Assembly: GCA_964543035.1 (NCBI GenBank)
Contig: CAZIVL010000001.1
Location: forward strand, 303,736 to 367,735
Origin: an uncultured Gammaproteobacteria bacterium
GTDB taxonomy: Bacteria > Patescibacteriota > Microgenomatia > CAZETR01 > Amesbacteraceae
Direction of reading: 5' to 3'
Length of the DNA stretch: 64,000 nt
Of the stretch, positions 30,254 through 38,918 are shown one piece after another. The notes under the pieces are model-generated. The model was not told the origin of the DNA. It was given only the letters and a program-made list of their open reading frames with translations, and made no database searches. How positions within the stretch are numbered: position 1 is the stretch's first letter; every line of letters starts with the position of its first letter. The position numbers and the translations under genes were made by a program.

Positions 30254-31332
30254 ACGCCAGGTTTTGGGGGACCAAGCACACGGGTATTGGGAGGTATGTA
30301 GAGAATCTAATTGATCATTTACCAGACAATTCAGAGTCAGAAGTGGTTCTTATCGTAAACCCAAATCAAAAAGATGAGCCCAAATTAGCAAACTTCAAAA
30401 AATATTATGCTCGTCATCATCCGTACACCTTTTTGTCACTATTGGAAATGTCTTGGCTACTGTTTCAGATCAAGCCAGATATATTGCATGTCCCCCATCT
30501 CACCATCCCCATTTTTTGGCCAGGAAAAATTGTCGTCACCATCCATGACTTGATCAAGCATGAAAATCCCAGCCCCCAGTCTAGTACCAAGCCCGGTCTA
30601 ATTTATTGGCTCAAATTTGTCGAATATTTGGCTATGTTCCACTTCACTCTCTGGCGGGCCAGTCACATTATTGTCCCCTCAAAGTATTGGAAAGATGTGT
30701 TGCACACCAAGTATCGAGTCAGATCGACACGCATCACCGTTACTTATGAAGGTGTAGATACAAAATTCAAAAAATTATCCCCTCCCCACATTGATCTTCC
30801 TGATAAGCCATATGTCCTCTATGTGGGAAACGTCTATCCGCACAAAAATATCCCTCTGCTACTTTCTGCCATAAAGCAATTGGATGGCCAAGTTCTTCTA
30901 ATGATTGCTTGTGCCAGATCGGTCTTTACTGCCCGTCTGCAAAAAATGATTGAAGAGCAGGATTTGGGCAAATGGGTCAAACTCTTAGGATACGTTCCAG
31001 ATTCCGACCTCAAATCGTTGTATCAACACGCTCTCGCTTTCGTATTCCCCTCGCTTGTTGAAGGATTTGGATTACCAGGTCTCGAGGCCATGAGTATAGG
31101 TTGTCCAGTCATCTCCTCAAACGCTACCTGTTTACCCGAAATTTATGGAGGAGCAGTTTTATATTTTTCTCCCCACGACATAGCAGATCTGGTAGATAAG
31201 ATCCAGACGGTCTTGGAAAACCCGAGTCTAAGGCAAAACCTGATCAAAAAAGGCAAGGCCCAAGCCGCCAAGTATTCATGGGCTAAAATGGGCAGACTCA
31301 CATGGCAGATTTACCAAAATCAGTTGCATTAG
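30220..31332 (+). CDS. Glycosyltransferase family 4
   Basis: EGFGLPGLEAMSIGCPVI motif; start moved to the internal MATQTKK. Confidence 0.8.
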   Translation, partial: ATQTKKTIICIDARFWGTKHTGIGRYVENLIDHLPDNSESEVVLIVNPNQKDEPKLANFKKYYARHHPYTFLSLLEMSWLLFQIKPDILHVPHLTIPIFWPGKIVVTIHDLIKHENPSPQSSTKPGLIYWLKFVEYLAMFHFTLWRASHIIVPSKYWKDVLHTKYRVRSTRITVTYEGVDTKFKKLSPPHIDLPDKPYVLYVGNVYPHKNIPLLLSAIKQLDGQVLLMIACARSVFTARLQKMIEEQDLGKWVKLLGYVPDSDLKSLYQHALAFVFPSLVEGFGLPGLEAMSIGCPVISSNATCLPEIYGGAVLYFSPHDIADLVDKIQTVLENPSLRQNLIKKGKAQAAKYSWAKMGRLTWQIYQNQLH

Positions 31333-32387
31333 TTTATGACAGGGTAAACAAATGGGGAGGGGCCGAGCAAGTCCTTTTGGCTCTGCACGAAATATTTCCC
31401 ACGGCCCCCCTTTTTACCAGCGTCTACAATTCGGCTACCGCTCCCTGGGCCCAGGTGTTCCCCAAAGTTATACCATCATTCCTTCAGCATCTCCCATTCG
31501 CCAAAACTCATCATGAACTATATCCCTGGCTAACCCCCTTAGCCTTTGAAACTTTGGACCTTTGCGACTTTGATGCTGTGGTTTCTGTCACCTCATCAGA
31601 CGCCAAGGCATTTATTACAAGACCTGAGACTTTTCATCTCTGTTATTGCCTGACTCCCACCCGTTATCTATATTCCCATCCGACAGTCCCCTGGCCAATA
31701 TCTTCTTATCTGAAGTATTGGGATCAGATAGCCAGTCACAGACCCGATGCATATGTCGCTATCTCAAGAGCTGTTCAAGATCGGATCAAAAAATATTATG
31801 GCCAAGACTCCCAAATCGTCTACCCCCCAGCAAACATCGCCAGTTTTCCTACTGACAACTCACAACCTACAACTAATAACTATTTTCTGTCCGTAAACCG
31901 CCTTGTATATCACAAAGAGCCAGAGGCATTGATCACTGTTTTCAACGAACTAGAGTTGCCTCTAACTATCATAGGATCAGGGAGACTTGAAAATAAACTT
32001 CGTAGACTTGCCAAACCCAATATCAATATTCTAACTTCCGTTTCAGACTCAGAACTGCGCGTTCAGTATCAAAATGCGAGAGCGTACGTTTCAGTCCATG
32101 AGGAGGATTTTGGCATTGTATACGCCGAGGCCCATGCAGCAGGCCTGCCTATAATCGCTCTCAATCGCGGCGGAGTCCGGGATGTTGTGACCCACAATCA
32201 AACCGGATTGTTACTAGAAAACTTAACAGATTTAAAAGATGCTCTAAGAAATTTCGATCCATCCACCTTCGATCGACGGTTGATAACTGACAACTCAAAG
32301 CGCTTTAGTAGAGAGCGCTTTGCATCCGAATTTGCTAAAGTGTTTACAAGAGAATGGGAGAAGTACAAAAGCATCTCTACGTATTGA
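31302..32387 (+). CDS. Glycosyltransferase family 4
   Basis: GT-B fold, EDFGIVYAEAHAAGLPIIA motif. Confidence 0.75.
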   Translation: MADLPKSVALVYDRVNKWGGAEQVLLALHEIFPTAPLFTSVYNSATAPWAQVFPKVIPSFLQHLPFAKTHHELYPWLTPLAFETLDLCDFDAVVSVTSSDAKAFITRPETFHLCYCLTPTRYLYSHPTVPWPISSYLKYWDQIASHRPDAYVAISRAVQDRIKKYYGQDSQIVYPPANIASFPTDNSQPTTNNYFLSVNRLVYHKEPEALITVFNELELPLTIIGSGRLENKLRRLAKPNINILTSVSDSELRVQYQNARAYVSVHEEDFGIVYAEAHAAGLPIIALNRGGVRDVVTHNQTGLLLENLTDLKDALRNFDPSTFDRRLITDNSKRFSRERFASEFAKVFTREWEKYKSISTY

Positions 32388-33460
32388 TTCTGGCAGGCGG
32401 CGGCGGCACTCGCCTCTGGCCCATGTCCCGCGATGTTTATCCCAAGCAGTATTTAAAATTATTTGGAAACCGCTCATTGCTTCAAAGCACATTTGATCGG
32501 GCCAAAAAAATTACCGATACCAAAAATATTTGGGTGGCCACGACCGCAGATCAAGTCAAGTTGATAAAAAAGCAGCTACCCAGTCTCCCACATTCAAATT
32601 TTTCTATCGAACCAATGCGAAGAAACACTGGTTGGAGTCAGGGACTCGCTGCCACATATATTCACAATCAAGACCCTGAGGCAGTAATAATAAATCTTGC
32701 ATCCGACCACTTAATTCAAGATCTGGACGTATATGTAAGAACTCTAAAAGCAGCGGCAATGGCCGCGGAAGAAACCAAAAAAATTATTACCGTGGGCATC
32801 CAACCGACTCATTACCACACTGGGTATGAATACATAAGTTTTGGATCTGTTGTAAAAAAGTATGGTTCGACATCAGTTTACAAAGTCCTCCAGTTTCTAA
32901 AAAGAGACGACGCAACCGGCGTAAAAAAAGTGTTAGCAAAAAAGACCGGTCTATGGAATGCCAACAACTATGTTTGGAGAGCACAAACACTTTTGGATGA
33001 ATACAAAAAATTAGAACCTCGCATTTATTCAGGTCTACAGAGAATCAAGGCGGTAATAGGCACTGACACCGAAAACCAAATAAAAAAACAGGTCTTTCAG
33101 ATGGCCGAGTCACTTCAAATAGACTTTATTCTTACTGGTAGGTCAAAAAGTCTTTTGACAATTCCAGGTCATTTTAGATGGACAGATGTGGGGGATTGGA
33201 GTGTAGTTTGGAATATGTTACCCAAAGATCAATTGGGCAATGTAATTTCGGCCCCCAAAGGTAAAGGCAATTTTGTGGGCATAGATTCAAAAAACAACCT
33301 TATGTTTTTGGACAAGCAGCTGATAACCACAGTTGGTCTGTCCAATATGGTGATCGTCGACACCCCCGACGCTCTTCTCATTTGTCCCAAAGACGATTCT
33401 CAGTCTGTAAAAAAGATCGTAGAGATGTTAAAAATACAAAAGCTTGACCAATATCTCTGA
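32354..33460 (+). CDS. manC: Mannose-1-phosphate guanylyltransferase (NDP-sugar pyrophosphorylase)
   Basis: LILAGGGGTRLWPMSR nucleotidyltransferase signature; 368 aa without PMI domain. Confidence 0.8.
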   Translation: MGEVQKHLYVLILAGGGGTRLWPMSRDVYPKQYLKLFGNRSLLQSTFDRAKKITDTKNIWVATTADQVKLIKKQLPSLPHSNFSIEPMRRNTGWSQGLAATYIHNQDPEAVIINLASDHLIQDLDVYVRTLKAAAMAAEETKKIITVGIQPTHYHTGYEYISFGSVVKKYGSTSVYKVLQFLKRDDATGVKKVLAKKTGLWNANNYVWRAQTLLDEYKKLEPRIYSGLQRIKAVIGTDTENQIKKQVFQMAESLQIDFILTGRSKSLLTIPGHFRWTDVGDWSVVWNMLPKDQLGNVISAPKGKGNFVGIDSKNNLMFLDKQLITTVGLSNMVIVDTPDALLICPKDDSQSVKKIVEMLKIQKLDQYL

Positions 33461-34103
33461 TATGGGCTACCCAATTCTAAAAAGACTCATAGATCTTTTT
33501 CTTTCAGTAGTATTGGGAATTCTGTTTTTACCAATCTGTCTAATAGCTGCAATTGCCATAAAACTTGAGTCTCCCAGAGGCCCTGTATTTGCAGACATCC
33601 CTCCACGAGTAGGAAAAAATGGAAAACAGTTTTTTACCTACAAATTTCGTTCCATGATTCCCAACTCTTACGCCATGATGCGCACCAACCCAGAGTTTGC
33701 AAAACTCTTTGAAGAGTACAAAAAAAGCGGTTACAAACTACGAGAAGATCCCAGAGTGACCAAAGTGGGTAAATTTATTAGAAAATATTCCATAGACGAA
33801 ATTCCTCAATTTATAAATGTGTTGCGGGGCGAGATGAGTGTGGTTGGACCGAGGCCATATTACGCAGACGAGCTTCGTGAGCAAGAAGAAAAATATCCAA
33901 AGACGAGTCAATCTATAAAAGACGCGTTGACAGTCTGTCCGGGCATCACTGGACAATGGCAAGTTAGTGGCCGAAGTGACATAAACTTTGAGAAACGGAT
34001 TGAATTAGATGCCCACTATGCTCGCAATCTTTCCCTATGGTATGATTTAAAAATCCTGGCCAAAACTCCTTTTGCGATGTTGTCCGGCCGCGGTGCAGTA
34101 TGA
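33444..34103 (+). CDS. Polyprenyl-phosphate sugar-1-phosphate transferase (small PglC/WbaP-type bacterial sugar transferase)
   Basis: Single N-terminal TM then DEIPQFINVLRGEMSVVGPRP catalytic motif. Confidence 0.85.
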   Translation: MTNISDMGYPILKRLIDLFLSVVLGILFLPICLIAAIAIKLESPRGPVFADIPPRVGKNGKQFFTYKFRSMIPNSYAMMRTNPEFAKLFEEYKKSGYKLREDPRVTKVGKFIRKYSIDEIPQFINVLRGEMSVVGPRPYYADELREQEEKYPKTSQSIKDALTVCPGITGQWQVSGRSDINFEKRIELDAHYARNLSLWYDLKILAKTPFAMLSGRGAV

Positions 34104-36073
34104 CAGAATTCATTGATCACCAGCTAGTTCATTCACTAGAAAACGAGATCCCTTCCAAGCCAAAAAAGACAGGTAATTCTTGGATTTCTTTTCTTGGCAA
34201 AACCTTTTTGATTATTTTGATTGTTATAATTTCTGCCGGAGTATTAGGTTATTTCTTACTTCTTTCCCCCGCTCGTAAGCTCGCCACTTCTATCAAGACT
34301 CTTCAGGCCACTGGCATGGCCGTGGCTCCTTATATTAAGTCACAAGACCTGGCGGGAACCAAAGACCAATTGGCAAAAGTAGACACCGACCTAAAAGCCG
34401 TAAAATCAGATTTTGAAAAACTAGGTTGGACCAAAGCCATCCCTTGGGTCGGCAGCTACTACAAAGATGGGGCGCATGGTCTAGAGGCAGCCGAAGAGTT
34501 ATTGATAGCCGCCAATCTCTCTATCGACGCTATCGCTCCATATGCCGACGTCATCGGTCTCAAGGGATTAGCGACGACTGGAGACGGGGCAAAAACCGCT
34601 CAAGACCGCATCACTTTTATTATCAACACGTTGGACAAGATCAAGCCCCAACTGACTGATATTGCCACTCATATTGATGCAGCACGCATTGAAGCAGACC
34701 AGATTGACCCGGCTCGTTATCCCGAGGATTTTCGCGGCATTCCGGTCAGATCCCAGCTGACGACAGGTATCAATGTCCTAAATCAAGCTGCAGTGCTTCT
34801 TTCTGATGCCAAACCCCTTATCGAATCACTGCCCTACATGTTGGGCAAAGACGGCCAGCGCAAATATCTGGTGATCTTCCAAAACGATGCCGAGCTCAGG
34901 CCTACCGGAGGATTCATGACTGGTTACGCCATTATCAATGTTACCAATGGCAAGATTAGTGTGGTCCAATCTGATGATATCTACAAGTTAGACGAAAAAT
35001 TCCCCAAGAGGATTCCCGCCCCCGAACCCATCAAAAAATATCACCCCAACGTTCCTTACTGGTACCTCAGGGATCAAAACCTCTCTCCCGACTTCAAAGT
35101 ATCTATGGAGACATTCTTACCCAACTACGATCTCACCAAATCGCCCAAAGTGGATGGCGTCATCGCCATGGATACCCAAGTCTTAGTCGAGCTCCTAAAA
35201 GTGACCGGCCGGATCGGGGTTCCAGGTTATGGCAATTTTTCCGCAGACATCGATGAGCGATGTAACTGTCCGTCTGCTTTTTATGAGCTCCAGATCCTAG
35301 CCGGCGGTGAGGAGCCAGTCGTCTGGGATTCGGTATCCGGCAAGATCGTCCAAGCTCCCGCCAACTATGGTATCCGAAAGCAGTTTTTAGGTCCCGTCAT
35401 GTATTCTATTTTGGCAAACGTCATGGCCCAGCCCAAAGCCAAGTTCCCAATGCTTTTCCAAGCCGCCATAAATTCAGTCCAGGGCAAGCATGCGCTCATG
35501 TACTTCTACGATCCCAAGATTCAAGAAGCAGTCGAGAGCTTCAATCTGGCTGGTCGAATCACCGAGGCCGAAGGGGATTATCTAGCAGTTGTTGATACTA
35601 ACTTCTCCGGTGCCAAGACAAACATCTGGGTCAAGTACAAGGCAGATCAAAAGATCGAAGTTTCAGGCGACGGTACTGTGACAAAGACTTTGACTCTTAC
35701 CTACGACAATCCCCAGGAGGGAAATGTAAAGATCGACACTGGCCGCAAGCTCAACGGACTATTCAGGGATTGGCTTAGAGTGTATGTTCCCAAAGGCAGT
35801 GAGCTCATTGAGGCCAAGGGCTTTGAGTCAGGCCAAGCCACCAGTGAGGACCTAGGCAAGACCGTGTTTGAGGGCTTCTTTAGTCTGGCTCCGCTCAACA
35901 CTAAAGTCATTACTCTGAAGTACAAGCTGCCGTTCAAGCTCAGCTCTCCATATAGTCTCTTGATCCAAAAACAAGCTGGTACCAAGGATTTCCCCTACAC
36001 CACAACCATCAATGGTCGAAAGCAGCCCGAGATCATCCTAAACTCAGACCAAAACCTCAAGTTGGCCTACTAA
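34100..36073 (+). CDS. Large N-terminally anchored extracytoplasmic protein, DUF4012-like
   Basis: Single N-terminal TM, 657 aa, coupled to the initiating sugar transferase; name assignment from memory of the DUF4012 family architecture. Confidence 0.6.
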   Translation: MTEFIDHQLVHSLENEIPSKPKKTGNSWISFLGKTFLIILIVIISAGVLGYFLLLSPARKLATSIKTLQATGMAVAPYIKSQDLAGTKDQLAKVDTDLKAVKSDFEKLGWTKAIPWVGSYYKDGAHGLEAAEELLIAANLSIDAIAPYADVIGLKGLATTGDGAKTAQDRITFIINTLDKIKPQLTDIATHIDAARIEADQIDPARYPEDFRGIPVRSQLTTGINVLNQAAVLLSDAKPLIESLPYMLGKDGQRKYLVIFQNDAELRPTGGFMTGYAIINVTNGKISVVQSDDIYKLDEKFPKRIPAPEPIKKYHPNVPYWYLRDQNLSPDFKVSMETFLPNYDLTKSPKVDGVIAMDTQVLVELLKVTGRIGVPGYGNFSADIDERCNCPSAFYELQILAGGEEPVVWDSVSGKIVQAPANYGIRKQFLGPVMYSILANVMAQPKAKFPMLFQAAINSVQGKHALMYFYDPKIQEAVESFNLAGRITEAEGDYLAVVDTNFSGAKTNIWVKYKADQKIEVSGDGTVTKTLTLTYDNPQEGNVKIDTGRKLNGLFRDWLRVYVPKGSELIEAKGFESGQATSEDLGKTVFEGFFSLAPLNTKVITLKYKLPFKLSSPYSLLIQKQAGTKDFPYTTTINGRKQPEIILNSDQNLKLAY

Positions 36074-36125
36074 ATCCCCCTTGTCATCCTGCTCGCGAAG
36101 CGGAAGGATCCAGTACAATTCATTT

Positions 36126-36674
36126 ATGCATTCATATAAAGTCGAGGGAATAATTTTAAAAAGATCCAACTTTGGTGAAGCGGGTAAATTGCTGACTGTC
36201 TTCACTCGTAATCAGGGCAAGATTACGGTCAAAGCCGTGGGAGTCCGAAAAACTTTATCCAAAAGATCTGGCGCAATTGAGCTTTTCAACTATATATCTG
36301 CCGTTGTGATAAAGGGCAAAGGAGATCTGGATACTCTTGCCGAAGTCCAAGTCACCAATTCTTTTTCCAGCTGGCGCCCTCACATTGGCCGGGTGACTCT
36401 GGCTTATCAGCTAGCCGAGGTAATAGACAAGCTGACTCCAGATCACCAGCCCCACTCAGAAATACTGGATATCCTCATCTCGTCATTCTCTCAACTCGGT
36501 AACTTAACTGACGACTGGAAACTGACCACTGACAACTGGTTAGTAAATGTCATGCAAGAACTGGGTTATCTCGAAAGACACCAGGCTTTTAAAGGCGACA
36601 TCCACAAGTTAATCGAAGAGACGTCCCAAAGATCTCTCAACTCCCCCAAGTTGCTTTCAAAGCTAAAACAGTAA
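36126..36674 (+). CDS. recO: DNA repair protein RecO (short form)
   Basis: N-terminal OB-fold region VEGIILKRSNFGEAGKLLTVFTRNQGKITVKAVGVRK matches RecO N-terminus; no C-terminal zinc finger. Confidence 0.65.
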   Translation: MHSYKVEGIILKRSNFGEAGKLLTVFTRNQGKITVKAVGVRKTLSKRSGAIELFNYISAVVIKGKGDLDTLAEVQVTNSFSSWRPHIGRVTLAYQLAEVIDKLTPDHQPHSEILDILISSFSQLGNLTDDWKLTTDNWLVNVMQELGYLERHQAFKGDIHKLIEETSQRSLNSPKLLSKLKQ

Positions 36675-36688
36675 TATAATCCCAAACC

Positions 36689-36922
36689 ATGAGTCCTATT
36701 AAAATTGAGAACTCCGAACTTCGAGATGTGATAGTCAGAAAGCCAGCCTCTATTGCGATCGGGGGAATCCCGGTTAATCTATACCCCGATAATGAAGGCG
36801 GGCTCGTCGTAGTCCCCTCGTTAGGACTAAATGAATTAGGTCTTTCAGGCACATTTGAACTAAGTAATGGTTCAGTTATTGTAATCAAAGACACGCTCTT
36901 TACTGGCACAAGGGAAACCTAG
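36689..36922 (+). CDS. Hypothetical small protein
   Basis: 77-aa ORF between recO and the glyS promoter; no motif. Confidence 0.3.
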   Translation: MSPIKIENSELRDVIVRKPASIAIGGIPVNLYPDNEGGLVVVPSLGLNELGLSGTFELSNGSVIVIKDTLFTGTRET

Positions 36923-36928
36923 AAAAAG

Positions 36929-37095
36929 TTGACTGTAGACCTACAAAGAATCTATAATAAACATATCTATTACTTGCGATGATCCAAAATGGCATTTGGG
37001 GAGTAAGGAAGAGACAAAAAGAGAAGCAACTAGGGTGGAACCACGACGCAGCTCGTCCCTAATTAATGTATTATTAATTTTGACGAGCATTTTTA
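36929..37095 (+). promoter_or_regulatory. sigma70 promoter plus T-box riboswitch leader (glycine specifier GGC) of glyS
   Basis: TTGACT (36929-34) 18-nt spacer TATAAT (36953-58); specifier hairpin CCAAA/TTTGG with loop AUGGCA; T-box AACTAGGGTGGAACCACG 37028-45; hairpin GCTCGTC/GACGAGC + ATTTTTA ending at the ATG. Confidence 0.7.
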
Positions 37096-38370
37096 ATGGC
37101 TGACTTAATAGAAAAAGTGGTCTCGCTCTGTAAAAGGAGAGGTTTTGTATTCCCCGGTTCCGAAATTTATGGCGGACTGCAAGGATTTTATGACTACGGT
37201 CCACTAGGGGTCGAGATGAAAAACAATCTTAAGAGATTGTGGTGGAAATGGTACACAGTTGAGCACGAAAACGTGGTCGGTATCGATGGCGCCATCATCA
37301 CTCATCCCAGAGTCTGGGAAGCCTCAGGACATGTAAAAAGTTTTGTAGATCCCATGTCAGAGTGTTTCGACTGTCACAAACGGTTCAAAGCCGACGATCT
37401 TGAAGCCGGTCAAGCTTGTCCCAACTGTGGTGGCAAGCTGGGTGAACCCAAAAACTTTAATATTTTGATGAAAACCGAGTTAGGTGTCATCGAAGGTGAA
37501 AAAACTCCCACATATCTGCGTGGCGAGGCCTGTCAGACAATTTACCTGGATTTCAAAAGTGTAGTTGATTCTACTCGTGTCAAAGTCCCGTTTGGTATCG
37601 TCCAGATCGGAAAAGCTTTTCGAAACGAAGTCACACCAGGAAATTTCTTGTTTAGACAACGCGAGTTTGAGCAGTGGGATCTGCAGTGGTTTACCCATCC
37701 CGATGAGATGGATAAGTGGTTTGAGTATTGGAAAGAAGAGCGCATGAAGTGGTATCGAGGTTTATTCAATGATCACTCCAAACTCACCTTTTTCCAGCAC
37801 GACAAGCTGGCTCATTACGCCAAAAAAGCTTTTGATATCCAGTACGACGGTCGTGAGATGGAGGGTATCCATTGGCGCCAGGATTGGGATCTGGGCCGTC
37901 ACAGTGAGTTTTCCGGCCAGGATCTCTCGTACACCGATGAATCAGGAAACAAATACGTCCCCTGGATAGTCGAGACTTCCGGAGGTGTAGACCGAGCATT
38001 TTTATTTTTGCTCCTAGACGCCTATCTGGAAGAAGGGGATAGAGTCATTCTGAAATTACATCCCAAGCTCGCTCCTTACAAAGTGGCAGTGTTTCCCTTG
38101 GTTCGAAACAAACCAGAATTGACTGCCCGTGCCCAAGAGCTTTACAGACATCTCAAATTAGAAGAAGGCATCTCCACAGTCTGGGATGATCGGGGAAACA
38201 TCGGTAAGCGTTACTATGCCCAAGACGAGATCGGTACCCCCTGGTGTGTAACAGTCGATTATCAGACTCTGGAGGATGATACAGTGACTGTTCGCGACCG
38301 CGATACTGCCACCCAAGAGAGACTCCCCATCTCAGAACTTGACTCTTACTTCGCAAATAAATTAAAGTGA
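37096..38370 (+). CDS. glyQS: Glycine--tRNA ligase (alpha2 type, GlyQS)
   Basis: CKRRGFVFPGSEIYGGLQGFYDYGPLG N-terminus characteristic of dimeric GlyRS; class II motifs; 424 aa. Confidence 0.9.
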   Translation: MADLIEKVVSLCKRRGFVFPGSEIYGGLQGFYDYGPLGVEMKNNLKRLWWKWYTVEHENVVGIDGAIITHPRVWEASGHVKSFVDPMSECFDCHKRFKADDLEAGQACPNCGGKLGEPKNFNILMKTELGVIEGEKTPTYLRGEACQTIYLDFKSVVDSTRVKVPFGIVQIGKAFRNEVTPGNFLFRQREFEQWDLQWFTHPDEMDKWFEYWKEERMKWYRGLFNDHSKLTFFQHDKLAHYAKKAFDIQYDGREMEGIHWRQDWDLGRHSEFSGQDLSYTDESGNKYVPWIVETSGGVDRAFLFLLLDAYLEEGDRVILKLHPKLAPYKVAVFPLVRNKPELTARAQELYRHLKLEEGISTVWDDRGNIGKRYYAQDEIGTPWCVTVDYQTLEDDTVTVRDRDTATQERLPISELDSYFANKLK

Positions 38371-38426
38371 CACCAATACATTTATCGGTGTCATCCTGAG
38401 CATTGCGAAGGATCCAGTATAAATTT

Positions 38427-38918
38427 ATGAAAGCAGTTGTCGTAATCCTAATAATTGTAGTGTTAGCCCTGACAGGAGTATTTGCCGCAAAAAAGTTCGT
38501 AACCGGAGGCGCAAAAGTAGCTCCTACTCCCACTCTTGCCCCACTTCAAGAGTTGACCGAGGATCAGTACCCATCTGTAAAGTTGCAGTTTAGCTCGGAC
38601 GGCCACTATGTAACAGTAAATATTGAAAATCTCCACTCAGATCAGCTGGAATACAACCTGATTTATGACGCTGTGGTCAAAGGCAACAAGATCCAGACAG
38701 GCGTCAATGCCTCATCCAAGCTCGAGGGCAAGACGACTTATTCCAAACAGCAGCTTTTGGGCTCTGAGTCCTCAGGCAAGTTCACATATCACACCAATCT
38801 AAAAAACGCCGTCATGGAGCTCACACTTCGCGATGCTGGCAACAGATCAGTCTACTCCGCCACATATCCCTTCGAAGTCACCCCCGGCTCCTCAGTCAGC
38901 CTCAATCCTTCTGAGTAA
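38427..38918 (+). CDS. Hypothetical secreted/membrane-anchored protein
   Basis: N-terminal hydrophobic helix MKAVVVILIIVVLAL; start placed directly after motif copy C. Confidence 0.5.
   Translation: MKAVVVILIIVVLALTGVFAAKKFVTGGAKVAPTPTLAPLQELTEDQYPSVKLQFSSDGHYVTVNIENLHSDQLEYNLIYDAVVKGNKIQTGVNASSKLEGKTTYSKQQLLGSESSGKFTYHTNLKNAVMELTLRDAGNRSVYSATYPFEVTPGSSVSLNPSE

Noticed and set aside
36941-37204. 87-aa - strand ORF
   Set aside because: Overlaps the glyS promoter/T-box leader and the first codons of glyS. The leader has strong structured-RNA evidence instead.
38403-38426. Upstream start (MRRIQYKF) for the 38403-38918 ORF
   Set aside because: These codons are motif copy C. The start was moved to ATG 38427 (MKAVVV...), which begins the hydrophobic helix.
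38153-38533. 126-aa - strand ORF
   Set aside because: Antisense to the conserved 3' end of glyS and the downstream hypothetical gene. No motif.
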